Positions 1 to 9,119 are shown, numbered from the stretch's first letter. The stretch is 32,191 nucleotides of DNA from Candidatus Limnocylindrales bacterium (GCA_036382135.1 DASVIK010000095.1:1-32191); one strand, 5' to 3'. Translations and numbers: made by a program. The notes: generated by a model from the sequence alone, not told the origin.

Positions 1-330
1 CCGGAAGGCGGGCCGGTCGACGAACCCCGCGAGCTGTTCCTCAACCACCTCGGGACGGCCCTCGGGGCGCGCGGCCTGCGCTTCCGGCTCGAGCGACTCC
101 GGCGTCGGGCGGGCCTGCCGATCGGCGTCTCTCCGCACACGTTGCGCCACAGCTTCGCGACCCATCTGCTCGACGGCGGGGCGGACCTGCGCGTCGTCCA
201 GGAGCTGCTCGGGCACAGCAGCCTCGCGACGACCCAGATCTACACGCACGTCTCGCCGACACGCCTGCGGACCGCGTACCGGGCCGCCCATCCGCGGGCG
301 AGGGCGGGCTCGGGCGACCTGCCGGCGTGA
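1..330 (+). CDS. tyrosine recombinase, XerC/XerD family, C-terminal part (5-prime end cut by window edge)
   Basis: Frame 1 is open from base 1. The translation ...[41 protein letters not shown] carries the HxxR box and the LGH...Y catalytic tyrosine box of Xer/phage-integrase recombinases. Stop TGA 328-330 overlaps the next start (GTGA). Confidence 0.85.
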   Translation, partial: PEGGPVDEPRELFLNHLGTALGARGLRFRLERLRRRAGLPIGVSPHTLRHSFATHLLDGGADLRVVQELLGHSSLATTQIYTHVSPTRLRTAYRAAHPRARAGSGDLPA

Positions 331-1907
331 CCGCGCGGGCGAGCGGTCGGACTCTCGCGCGGGCCGGCCTCATCGTCACCACCGCGTTCCTCGCGTCGCG
401 GATCCTCGGCTGGATCCGCCTGGCGATCATCGGGACGACGTTCGGGGCGGGCGCGGAGCTCGACAGCTTCTACGCGGCATTCCGCATCCCCGACTTCATC
501 TTCCAGCTCGTCGCCGCCGGGGCGCTCAGCTCGGCGCTCATCCCCGTGCTGGCCGGCCTCCACGCACGCGACGAGGACGACCGCGCCTGGCGGGTCGCCT
601 CGACCGTGGCGAACCTGATGATGGCCCTCCTGCTCGTGCTGGCGGTCGCGGTCTGGCTGGCCGCGCCGGCCATCGTCCCGGCGATCACGCCCGGGTTCGA
701 CCCGGCCAAGGTCGCGCGCACGGTCGAACTGACCCGGGTCATGCTCGCCAGCCCGGTCTTCCTGGCCCTCGGCGCCCTGGCGACGAGCCTGCTCAACGCC
801 CGCGGTCGCTTCGCGGCGTCGGCGGTGGCTCCACTCGTCTACAACGCCGCGATCATCGGCGGCGCGGTCTTCCTGGCCCCGACGATGGGGGTGACGGGCC
901 TGGCGATCGGGGTCGTCGTGGGGGCGATCGGCCACGTCGCGGTCCAGCTTGTGCCGCTCCGGGGCATCGGGTTCCGCTATCGGCCCGCCATCGAGCTCGA
1001 CGATCCCGATGCCCGGGCCGCGTTGCTGCTCATGGTCCCGCGGGCCTTCGGCCTCGCGGCGAGCCAGCTGACGTTCATCGTCGCCACGACGCTGGCCTCG
1101 ACGCTGCCGGACGGCTCCCTCGCCGCGTTCTCCATCGCGTTCAACGTCTTCCAGATCCCGTTCGGCGTCATCGGCGTGTCGATGGGCGTCGTCGCGCTGC
1201 CGACGCTCTCGGCGGAACTGGCCCGCGGCGACGTGGCGCGCTACCTCGACCTCGTCACGCGCGGCCTGCGGCTGGTCGTCTTCATCATGCTGCCGCTGGC
1301 GGCGATGGGGATGGTCCTCCACGTGCAGGTGATCCAGGTGCTGTTCGGCTACGGGCGATTCGACGACCAGGCCATCGACTGGACGGCGACCGCCCTGCTC
1401 GTCCTCCTGCTGGCCCTCACATCGGAGTCGCTCATCGCGATCCTCGCCCGCGCGTTCTACGCCGACCGCGACACGACCACCCCGGTCATCGCGGCGATCC
1501 TGGCCGTCGTCATCAACACGATCGTCGCGGTCCTGACCGTCGGGGCGCTCGGCCTCCGCGGCATCGCGCTCGGCATCGTCCTCGGGTCGTTCGCCGAGGC
1601 CGCGTTCCTCGCCCTGAGGCTCGCCCGGCGCGTCCCGGGGTTCGATCCGGCCGCGATCGTCCGGGCGCTGGTGCCCGCCGGCGCGTCGGCGCTCGGCGCT
1701 GCCGCGATCGCCGCGCTCGTCGTGACGGGCGCGCTCGGCGCGCTCGGCGGCGCGGGCAGGCTCGGCGTGGTCGCCGCGCTCGTCCTCGCGTCGGCCGGTG
1801 GCGGGATCGCCTACCTCGGGCTCGGACGGGTGCTCCGGATCGGGGAGCTCGCCACGGTCATCGGGCTGGCCCGGTCGGCGGTCCGGCGATCGGAGCGACC
1901 GACATGA
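327..1907 (+). CDS. murJ: lipid II flippase MurJ/MviN (526 aa)
   Basis: The N-terminus ...[60 protein letters not shown] is the characteristic MurJ signature. The protein is polytopic and hydrophobic throughout. GTG start overlaps the xer stop; the stop overlaps the next ATG (ATGA). Confidence 0.9.
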   Translation: MTARASGRTLARAGLIVTTAFLASRILGWIRLAIIGTTFGAGAELDSFYAAFRIPDFIFQLVAAGALSSALIPVLAGLHARDEDDRAWRVASTVANLMMALLLVLAVAVWLAAPAIVPAITPGFDPAKVARTVELTRVMLASPVFLALGALATSLLNARGRFAASAVAPLVYNAAIIGGAVFLAPTMGVTGLAIGVVVGAIGHVAVQLVPLRGIGFRYRPAIELDDPDARAALLLMVPRAFGLAASQLTFIVATTLASTLPDGSLAAFSIAFNVFQIPFGVIGVSMGVVALPTLSAELARGDVARYLDLVTRGLRLVVFIMLPLAAMGMVLHVQVIQVLFGYGRFDDQAIDWTATALLVLLLALTSESLIAILARAFYADRDTTTPVIAAILAVVINTIVAVLTVGALGLRGIALGIVLGSFAEAAFLALRLARRVPGFDPAAIVRALVPAGASALGAAAIAALVVTGALGALGGAGRLGVVAALVLASAGGGIAYLGLGRVLRIGELATVIGLARSAVRRSERPT

Positions 1908-3112
1908 GCGGACCCGCCGAGGACCCCGCGGGCACGGCGGTGAGCACAGCCGGCGACGCGGGGTCGGCCGTGGACGTCGGTACGGCCGTCGGTGCCACCA
2001 GGCGGACCGGGGACGCCGCCGCCTGGGACGCCTTCGTCGAGGCCGACCCTCGTGCGACCTACCTCCAGGCCACGGCCTGGGCGGCCGTGAAGGCCGCCAA
2101 CGGCTGGCGGTCGCGGCGCGTGGTGACGGGCGCCGGCGACGCCACGATGGGCGGCCAGGTGCTCCTGCGTCGGCCCCGGGTCGTCCCGTGGTCGTTCGGA
2201 TACGCTCCACGCGGCCCGATCGCCCGGCGCTGGGATCGGTCGACGATCGGCGCCTGGACCGAAGCGCTGCGCGTGACCCGCTGGGGCGAGCGGGTCGCCC
2301 AGGTCCGCATCGACCCGGAGATCGAGGCCGACGGCGAGCTCGACCCCGGGGGCGCCCTCCGGGCCGACCTCGTCCGGGCCGGCTGGCGGCCGGCAGCGTC
2401 GATCCAGCCTCCGGTGTCGCGGGTCGTCGACCTTCGGGCAGACGAGGCGGCCCTGTGGTCCGACCTGCGCACGAAGTGGCGCCAGTACGTCAACAAGGCA
2501 CGCTCCGGCGGTGTCACGGTCGTGGACGTGGGCGAGGATCGACTGGCCGAGTTCCACGCCATCCTCACCGAGACCGCGCGGCGGGCCGGGACGCGGATCC
2601 GGGCGGCCTCCGCCTACCGCGACGTGTGGGACGCGTTCCGACCGGCCGGTCGAGCCCGCCTCCTCCTGGCACTCGGCCCGGCGGGCGACGCCCAGGCGGC
2701 GCTCCTGCTCGTCCGGTCCGGCGATCGGGTCGTCGAACCGTATGGCGGGATGACCGCGGCCGGGGCGCTGACCCGCGCCAACTACCTCGTCAAATGGGAG
2801 GCGATCCGCAGCTCCCGGGAGGCGGGCGCCACGGCCTACGACATGTGGGGGCTCGTCCACCCCGGCATCCGTCAGTTCAAGGCGGGCTTCGGCGGGCGCG
2901 AGATCGCCTATATCGGCGGGTGGGAACTCGCGCTCGATCCGCTCGGCGCCGCGGCCTATCGGGTCGGCGCCGCCGCGAGCGAGCGACTGAGCGCGATGCG
3001 TGCCGGACGGCCACGGGATGGCGACGCCGCGACCGCGGCCGGGACGGCCCCTGCCGCCGCCAAAAGCCCCAGCGCGTCGCCGACGCCGCCGGACCCCGGG
3101 ACGGACACGTGA
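1904..3112 (+). CDS. FemAB-family peptidoglycan interpeptide-bridge aminoacyltransferase, paralog 1 (402 aa)
   Basis: Motifs ATYLQATAWAAVKAANGW, WRQYVNKARSGGV and GGMTAAG...ANYLVKWEAIRSSREAGATAYDMWGL...GIRQFKAGFGGRE are typical of the FemA/FemB/FemX (lipid II:aminoacyl-tRNA transferase) family. GGAG lies 8 nt upstream of ATG 1904. ATGA overlap with murJ. Confidence 0.8.
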   Translation: MSGPAEDPAGTAVSTAGDAGSAVDVGTAVGATRRTGDAAAWDAFVEADPRATYLQATAWAAVKAANGWRSRRVVTGAGDATMGGQVLLRRPRVVPWSFGYAPRGPIARRWDRSTIGAWTEALRVTRWGERVAQVRIDPEIEADGELDPGGALRADLVRAGWRPAASIQPPVSRVVDLRADEAALWSDLRTKWRQYVNKARSGGVTVVDVGEDRLAEFHAILTETARRAGTRIRAASAYRDVWDAFRPAGRARLLLALGPAGDAQAALLLVRSGDRVVEPYGGMTAAGALTRANYLVKWEAIRSSREAGATAYDMWGLVHPGIRQFKAGFGGREIAYIGGWELALDPLGAAAYRVGAAASERLSAMRAGRPRDGDAATAAGTAPAAAKSPSASPTPPDPGTDT

Positions 3113-4245
3113 GCGACCGCCTCCACGAGGCCACGGCCGACGAGCTCGGTGACTGGGATGCCCGGACGGTCGAGCTGCCGGGCGGCGACGTCGAACAGTC
3201 CCTCGCCTGGGCCCGGCACCGGGCTCGACTCGGGTGGCGGCCGCGCCATCTCGTGTTCGACGACGGGTACCGCCTGCTCTCGCTGGAACGCCCGTGGGTG
3301 CTCGTCGGTGGGTCGGGCGCCTACCTGTCGCACGGCCCCATCGGTGCCGGCGAGCCGGTGGCCCGAACGGCCGAGCGGTTGCGCGCGGCTGCCGATCACC
3401 TGGCGTCGACAGGGGTGGATGTGCTCTCGTCGGACGCGGAGATCGAGGCCTCCACCGGGTACGGCGCCCTTATCGAGCGAGACGGCTTCCGGCCGATCGA
3501 GGAGGCCCGCGCGTCGCGCCACCGGATGCGTCTCCGCCTGCCGCCCGGCACGGACGAGGACGCGCTGTTCCGCGGCTTCCAGGCTACCCTGCGCCAGCTC
3601 GTCCGGGGCGCCGAGCGGAGCGGCCTCGAGGTCGTCCGCTACGACGCGCGCTGCGGCGACGGGCCGGGAGCGCCGGTGGGCGAGGGGTTCCGGGCACCGG
3701 AGGACGGCACGCTGGGCACCGGATCCCGTGCGGCGTTCGAGCGCCTCTACGACCTGCTCGTCGCGGCCGCGACCAGGCGCCACTTCCGGCTTGGGACGCG
3801 GCGCGGCTTCGTCGAGTGGTCGGCCGATGCCCTGGCGGCCGGGCACGTCGTCTATCTCGAGGTGCGCGATCCGGACGACCGGATGCTCGGCGGCGCGACG
3901 TTCTACCGTCATGGCGGCCGGCTCACGTACTCCCACTCGGCGGACCGCGTCGAGGTGCGGCGCGAGCATCCCGGGGTCGTGCGACTGCTCCTCTGGCGGG
4001 CCATCCAGCTGGCGCTCCGCGAGGGCCTCGGGGAGATGGACCTCGGCGGCGTCGACGTGGCCGGGGCGCGTCGAGTCCCGGACGAGGGTGAGCCGATGTA
4101 CGGGCTCTACGCGTTCAAGCGGTCCTTCGGGGCCGAGTGGGTCGAGCAGGTCGGCAATCACGAGTGGGTGGCCCGACCGTGGCGCTACGCCGCGGGACGG
4201 TTGACTGGGCGCGTGGTGGCGCTGGCCCGGCGGAGTGGTCCATGA
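3109..4245 (+). CDS. FemAB-family aminoacyltransferase, paralog 2 (378 aa)
   Basis: GTG 3109 is in frame with the long ORF 1798-4245 and overlaps the previous stop (GTGA). Family-like segments: VEQSLAWARHRARLGW, LRQLVRGAERSGL and GGATFYRHGGRLTYSHSAD...HPGVVRLLLWRAIQLALREG...MDLGGVD...LYAFKRSFGAEW. The upstream part of the ORF is R/G-rich shadow over paralog 1. Confidence 0.75.
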   Translation: MSDRLHEATADELGDWDARTVELPGGDVEQSLAWARHRARLGWRPRHLVFDDGYRLLSLERPWVLVGGSGAYLSHGPIGAGEPVARTAERLRAAADHLASTGVDVLSSDAEIEASTGYGALIERDGFRPIEEARASRHRMRLRLPPGTDEDALFRGFQATLRQLVRGAERSGLEVVRYDARCGDGPGAPVGEGFRAPEDGTLGTGSRAAFERLYDLLVAAATRRHFRLGTRRGFVEWSADALAAGHVVYLEVRDPDDRMLGGATFYRHGGRLTYSHSADRVEVRREHPGVVRLLLWRAIQLALREGLGEMDLGGVDVAGARRVPDEGEPMYGLYAFKRSFGAEWVEQVGNHEWVARPWRYAAGRLTGRVVALARRSGP

Positions 4246-5867
4246 ATGTCGTCCCGGCCACGATCGCGGACGCGCTGGCAGCGAGCGAACCGGCGGAGGC
4301 CCGCCCGCTCGCGGACCTCATCGACCGGCTGGCCGGCCTCGGCGACGCCGGGCTGCACAGCGCACGGGAGGGCGGTCGGGCGATCGGCCCCGCGGCGCTC
4401 GGGGCCGTGCTCGTGCGCGGGGTCACCTCCGACTCGCGCCGGGTCGCACCGGGCAACATCTTCGTCGCGGTGCCCGGCGAGCACGTGGACGGCCACGACT
4501 TCGTGGCTGCGGCCGCGGCCGCCGGCGCGGCCGCGGCGATCGTGGAGCGGCCGCTCCCCGACGTGGGCCTGCCCCAGCTCGTCGTGGGGCGCGCCTCGCG
4601 GAATCTCGCCTCGGCCGCGGCCTGGTGGTACGGCGACCCGAGCCACGAGCTCGCGGTCGTCGGGGTGACCGGCACCGACGGCAAGACGACGACCTCCTTC
4701 CTGGCGGTAGCTGCGCTCGAGGCGGCGGGCGTGCCGGCCGGCCTCGTCGGCACGATCGACACGAAGGTCGGCAGCCTCCGCGAGGCCAACGCGGAACACG
4801 TCACGACGCCCGAGGCCACGGAGCTCCAGGCGCTCCTCCGGGCGATGGTCGCGAGCGGCGACGGCGCCGCTGTCGTGGAGACGACATCGCACGGGCTCGC
4901 CCTCGAACGGGTCGCCGACGTCGCCTACGACGCGGCCATCCTGACCAACGTCAGCCACGAGCACCTCGAGCTGCACGGGACGTTCGAGGCGTACCGGGCC
5001 GCCAAGCTCTCGTTGTTCGAGCGGCTGGCCACGCAGGGAACGGCCGTCCGGCCCCGGGTCGGGATCGTGAATCGCGACGACCCGAGCGCGCCGCTGTTCG
5101 AGGCGGTCGTCCGCGAATCCGGGGCCCGCCTTCTCACGTACGGCGCGGACCCGTCTGCGACCGTGCACGCGACCCGGGTCGTCGAGGACGCCCGCCGATT
5201 GCGCGTGCGCTTCGTGACGCCGCGCGGCGAGGCTGACCTCGAGCTGCGCCTCGCCGGCCGCTTCAACGTGCACAACGCGCTCGCCGTTGTCACGCTCGGC
5301 GAGGCGTGGGACCTCGATCCGGCCGCGGTTCGCCTGGGGCTCGAATCGATGGCCGGAGTCCCCGGGCGCATGGAACGGGTGGAAGCTGGCCAGCCGTTCG
5401 GGGTGATCATCGACTACGCCCACACCCCGGCCTCGCTTGGCGGCGTGCTCGACCTGCTGGCGCCGGTGGCGGCAGCGCGCGGCGGCGAGCTCATCGCGGT
5501 CTTCGGGTCGGCTGGCGAGCGCGACACGGCGAAGCGGCCGATGATGGGCCGCCTGGCGGCGGAGCGCTGCCGGCTCGTGATCGTGACGGACGAGGACCCG
5601 CGGGGCGAGGACCGCGACGCGATCCTCGAGGAGATCGCCCGCGGGGCCGAGGGTGCCGGGGCCCGCCGCGACCGGGACCTCTTCGTCATCGCCGACCGGC
5701 GGGCGGCCATCGGCGCGGCCATCGAGCGCGCGAAGCCGGGCGATGTCGTCCTCCTGGCGGGCAAGGGCCACGAGCGCTCGATCATCGGTCCCGACGGGCC
5801 GAAGCCGTGGGACGAGCGGGCGGCGGCCCTGGCCGCGCTCGCCGACCGCGGCTACGAAGGGAGCTGA
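4242..5867 (+). CDS. murE: UDP-N-acetylmuramoyl-L-alanyl-D-glutamate--diamino acid ligase MurE (541 aa)
   Basis: Mur ligase P-loop VVGVTGTDGKTTT, plus the DYAHTP and GKGHE motifs. GGAG lies 6 nt upstream of ATG 4242. ATGA overlap with the preceding gene. Confidence 0.9.
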   Translation: MNVVPATIADALAASEPAEARPLADLIDRLAGLGDAGLHSAREGGRAIGPAALGAVLVRGVTSDSRRVAPGNIFVAVPGEHVDGHDFVAAAAAAGAAAAIVERPLPDVGLPQLVVGRASRNLASAAAWWYGDPSHELAVVGVTGTDGKTTTSFLAVAALEAAGVPAGLVGTIDTKVGSLREANAEHVTTPEATELQALLRAMVASGDGAAVVETTSHGLALERVADVAYDAAILTNVSHEHLELHGTFEAYRAAKLSLFERLATQGTAVRPRVGIVNRDDPSAPLFEAVVRESGARLLTYGADPSATVHATRVVEDARRLRVRFVTPRGEADLELRLAGRFNVHNALAVVTLGEAWDLDPAAVRLGLESMAGVPGRMERVEAGQPFGVIIDYAHTPASLGGVLDLLAPVAAARGGELIAVFGSAGERDTAKRPMMGRLAAERCRLVIVTDEDPRGEDRDAILEEIARGAEGAGARRDRDLFVIADRRAAIGAAIERAKPGDVVLLAGKGHERSIIGPDGPKPWDERAAALAALADRGYEGS

Positions 5868-5870
5868 CCG

Positions 5871-6590
5871 GTGCGCGGCTGTCTCACCTGGTTCTTCGTC
5901 CTCCTCGCCGTCGTCCTCATCTGCGTCTGGTCCTTCGCCCCGGCCGTCGCCGGCGGGCTCGTGTCGGCCGGCCTGGGCACCGCCGGGTTCGAGAGCCGGG
6001 ACAAGCTGGTGACCGTGATCGCCGACCCGCCCATCGAGCTGCTGACGCTGCGCGCCGACAAGATCCGCATCCGGGCGACGGACGCGCGGTTCGCCGGGCT
6101 GCGCATCGCCGGCGTGGATCTCGTCCTCGGCGGTGTCGGCCTCGTGGGCCGGCAGGCCGATTCGGTCACGGGCACCCTGACCGGCGTGCAGGTCCCGAGC
6201 CCCCTCGGGACGACGGCGACGATCAGCTCGGTGGGCCTGAGCGGCCCGAGCTCCGACCTGCGAGCCATCCTCACCTTCACGGCCAAGGACATCCAGGCCC
6301 TGGCGAGCGCGGCCGTCGAGGGCCAGATGGGCTCGATCCCGACGAAGGTCATCCTCGCGGCCCCGGACAAGGTGAACGTCATCGCGTCGGGGATCAGCGT
6401 GCGTGGCCGCCTCGCGGTGGACGGCGCCGGCGGGCTCGTCCTCATCACGACGTCGCCGCCCGGGTTCAGCGGGCCCATCGACATCATCCGGCCGGGTCCG
6501 ACCGAACCGCTCCGCCTGACGAGCGTCGTCCTGCGGCCCAACGGCGCGACGATCACGGCGACCGTCGACCCGTCGTTCTTCGGCGGCTGA
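5871..6590 (+). CDS. membrane-anchored protein, DUF2993/LmeA-like (239 aa)
   Basis: AGGGAG lies 7 nt upstream of GTG 5871. N-terminal TM helix LTWFFVLLAVVLICVWSF, followed by a repetitive beta-rich pattern (VTVIADPPIELLTLRADKIRIRATDARFAGLRIAGVDLVLGGV...). From memory this resembles the LmeA/DUF2993 lipid-binding family. Family assignment is tentative. Confidence 0.55.
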   Translation: MRGCLTWFFVLLAVVLICVWSFAPAVAGGLVSAGLGTAGFESRDKLVTVIADPPIELLTLRADKIRIRATDARFAGLRIAGVDLVLGGVGLVGRQADSVTGTLTGVQVPSPLGTTATISSVGLSGPSSDLRAILTFTAKDIQALASAAVEGQMGSIPTKVILAAPDKVNVIASGISVRGRLAVDGAGGLVLITTSPPGFSGPIDIIRPGPTEPLRLTSVVLRPNGATITATVDPSFFGG

Positions 6591-6593
6591 GGC

Positions 6594-6599
6594 TATCCT
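6594..6599 (+). promoter_or_regulatory. putative -10 box TATCCT, 8 nt before the rel ATG (leaderless signature)
   Basis: A TANNNT hexamer sits 8 nt upstream of ATG 6608, and no SD lies between them. Confidence 0.35.
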
Positions 6600-6607
6600 T
6601 GGCGCCC

Positions 6608-8884
6608 ATGTCGGTGAACACAGACAGGTCCGCGACCTCGCCGACCGGAGCGCCCGCGGCGCCGTCCGGCGTGGCGACGAGCGACGCGGGCAAGATCAAG
6701 CGGTCGGTCCGCCGACCATCGTCGAGCGACGGTCCGACGCCGTCGCTCGATCGCATGCGCAAGGATCTCGTCGCGTCGGTCGTCCGGCACTATCCCGTGG
6801 CGGACCTCGCCCAGATCGACAAGGCCTTCGATCTCGCCGTCGAGGCGCACGCGCTCCAGGTCCGGGCGTCCGGCGAGCCCTATGTCACCCACCCGATCGC
6901 CGCGGCGCAGATCGTGGCCGACCTGGGCATCGATCCGGCCGCCGTGGAAGCCGCCCTGCTCCACGATGTCCCGGAGGACACGGAGTACAACCTCACCGAC
7001 ATCGACGAGCGCTTCGGCAGTGATGTCGCCCACCTCGTGGATGGCGTCACGAAGCTCTCAAAGTTCAGCACCCACAGCCACGAGCAACAGCAGGCCGAGA
7101 ACATCCGGAAGATGTTCCTGGCGATGGCGGAGGACATCCGGGTCGTCCTCATCAAGCTCGCCGACCGCCTCCACAACATGCGCACCCTGGGTGCGCTTCC
7201 GATCGAGAAGCAGCAGCGCATCGCGCGCCAGACGATGGAGATCTACGCCCCGCTCGCCGAACGGCTCGGGATCTGGCAGATGAAGTGGGAGCTCGAGGAC
7301 CTCGCGTTCAAGGTCCTCGAGCCGGAGGCGTTCCGCGAGCTCGCCAGACTCCTGGACACGCGGCGCAAGGGTCGCGAGTCGTACATCGACCGGGCGATCG
7401 ACACGCTCCGCCCGGAGCTCGCCAAGGCGGGCATCGAGGCCGAGCTCCAGGGCCGCCCGAAGCACCTGTACAGCATCCACAAGAAGATGGAGCGCAAGAG
7501 TGCGGAGTTCGGCGAGATCTACGACGTCTACGCCATCCGCATCCTGGTCAACGAGCTGAAGGACAGCTACGCGGCCCTGGGTGTCGTCCACAGCCTGTGG
7601 CGGCCGATCCCCGGCCAGTTCGACGACTACATCGCGGTCCCCAAGAACAACCTCTACCAGAGCCTGCACACCGCGGTGATCGCGCTCGACGGGAAGCCGC
7701 TCGAGATCCAGATCCGGACCCACCAGATGCACCAGGTGAGCGAGGTGGGGATCGCCGCCCACTGGCGCTACAAGGAAGGCTCGAAGTCGGACCGGGAGTA
7801 CGACGCCAAGCTCGCCTGGCTCCGCCAGCTGATGGACTGGCAGCGCGAGGTCGCCGACGCGACGGAGTTCGTCGAGGGCATCAAGCTCGACATCTTCCAG
7901 GACCAGGTCTTCGTGTTCACACCGCGCGGCGACGTCAAGGACCTGCCGGCCGGCGCGACGCCGCTCGACTTCGCGTATCGCATCCACACCGATGTCGGCC
8001 ACCGGACGATCGGGGCCAAGGTGAACAACCGGCTCGTGCCGCTCGATTCGCGCCTCAAGAACGGCGACATCGTCGAGATCGTCACCACCAAGGCCGAGCA
8101 CGGACCGTCGCGCGACTGGCTGAACATCGTCCGGACGACCCACGCCCGCGAGAAGATCCGCCAATGGTTCAAGCGCCAGGAGCGAGACGACAACATCATC
8201 CATGGGCGGGAGTCGCTCGAGCGTGAGTTGCGGCGCCTGGCCCGCACGTCGATCCAGGCCATCGGCCTCGAGCGGGTAGGCGAAATGGCCAAGGCCTACA
8301 ACTACGACTCGGTCGAGGACTTCTACGCCGCGATCGGGTACGGCGCGGTGGCCGCCCAGCAGGTGGTCACTCGCCTGGGCGTCGTCGACGACGCCGAGCT
8401 GCGCGTCCCGGCCGTCGCGCCCGCGTCGATCCCGATCCGGCCCGGCGGGGTACGGGTCAAGGGCGTCGGCGACCTCCTCGTCCGGTTCGCCAAGTGCTGC
8501 CATCCGATCCCGGGCGACCCGATCAGCGGCTTCATCACCCGGGGCAAGGGCGTGACGGTGCACCTCACGACCTGCCCGACGGTGGTCAACGAGCGCGAGG
8601 TGAGCCGGCTCATCGAAGTCGAATGGGAGGCGGCCGCGACCCAGACCTACCCGATCGCGATCCGGGTCGAGGCGTACGACCGGACGGGCCTCCTGTCCGA
8701 CATCACCCAGGTCGTGGCCGAGAACAAGGTCAACATCCTGTCCGCGTCGGTCCACGTCTCGCCGGATCACACCGCGACCGTGGTCGCGACCCTCCAGGTC
8801 TCGTCCGTCGCCCAGCTCGCCAAGGTCATGGGCCGCATCGAGCAGCTGAAGGACGTCCTGAGCGTCCAGCGCGACCTGGCGTAA
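6608..8884 (+). CDS. rel: bifunctional (p)ppGpp synthetase/hydrolase Rel (RelA/SpoT homolog, 758 aa)
   Basis: HD hydrolase motif HPIAAAQIVADLGIDPAAVEAALLHDVPEDT. Synthetase motifs GRPKHLYSIHKKM, YQSLHTAV and EIQIRTHQMH. TGS segment VFVFTPRGDVKDLPAGATPLDFAYRIH. C-terminal ACT-like domain. ATG 6608 chosen because the upstream part of ORF 5306-8884 is R/G-rich shadow over murE and the LmeA-like gene. Confidence 0.95.
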   Translation: MSVNTDRSATSPTGAPAAPSGVATSDAGKIKRSVRRPSSSDGPTPSLDRMRKDLVASVVRHYPVADLAQIDKAFDLAVEAHALQVRASGEPYVTHPIAAAQIVADLGIDPAAVEAALLHDVPEDTEYNLTDIDERFGSDVAHLVDGVTKLSKFSTHSHEQQQAENIRKMFLAMAEDIRVVLIKLADRLHNMRTLGALPIEKQQRIARQTMEIYAPLAERLGIWQMKWELEDLAFKVLEPEAFRELARLLDTRRKGRESYIDRAIDTLRPELAKAGIEAELQGRPKHLYSIHKKMERKSAEFGEIYDVYAIRILVNELKDSYAALGVVHSLWRPIPGQFDDYIAVPKNNLYQSLHTAVIALDGKPLEIQIRTHQMHQVSEVGIAAHWRYKEGSKSDREYDAKLAWLRQLMDWQREVADATEFVEGIKLDIFQDQVFVFTPRGDVKDLPAGATPLDFAYRIHTDVGHRTIGAKVNNRLVPLDSRLKNGDIVEIVTTKAEHGPSRDWLNIVRTTHAREKIRQWFKRQERDDNIIHGRESLERELRRLARTSIQAIGLERVGEMAKAYNYDSVEDFYAAIGYGAVAAQQVVTRLGVVDDAELRVPAVAPASIPIRPGGVRVKGVGDLLVRFAKCCHPIPGDPISGFITRGKGVTVHLTTCPTVVNEREVSRLIEVEWEAAATQTYPIAIRVEAYDRTGLLSDITQVVAENKVNILSASVHVSPDHTATVVATLQVSSVAQLAKVMGRIEQLKDVLSVQRDLA

Positions 8885-8921
8885 GACGGGGGAGGGGGAT
8901 GCGCACCGAAGCGCGGTTGCG

Positions 8922-9119
8922 TGCAGATACAACCCGGGGTAGTGCTATCCGCTCGGACCGGGCGTCTTGTTGCAGATACCACGGTGGGTGATGTTCGGGG
9001 CCTGGGCGATGCCCTGTGGGGCATAAGGCGGGCGGGCGGCGGATCGGTTCGTGCTCACGAAGCCCGGGGGTGGCCTTCCCATGGGCGCGCCAGCGGGACC
9101 TAGTACCACCGTGGGTGAT
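8922..9119 (+). repeat. three dispersed direct copies of a 16-19 nt motif in the rel-hisS spacer
   Basis: TGCAGATAC occurs at 8922-8930 and 8971-8979. TACCACGGTGGGTGAT (8977-8992) matches TACCACCGTGGGTGAT (9104-9119) at 15/16 positions. Copy A (8922-8940) matches copy B (8971-8989) at 15/19 positions. Confidence 0.7.

Noticed and set aside
1798-3108. Long N-terminal extensions of tracked plus-strand ORFs: 1798-4245, 4137-5867, 5306-8884, 9051-10559, 17799-21014, 18151-19896, 20788-21774, 24832-28575 and 28945-31653.
   Set aside because: The extended parts are R/G/P-rich and overlap, out of frame, upstream genes with clear identities. In each case an internal ATG or GTG restores a canonical family N-terminus, and often sits in a 4-nt start/stop overlap or behind an SD or -10 box.
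8899-8991. A 30-codon ORF (MRTEARLRADTTRGSAIRSDRASCCRYHGG) just after the rel stop, with GGAGG immediately upstream.
   Set aside because: The SD-to-ATG spacing is only about 3 nt. Third-position G/C is poor. There is no His-rich or otherwise meaningful leader-peptide feature. It is most likely a chance ORF.
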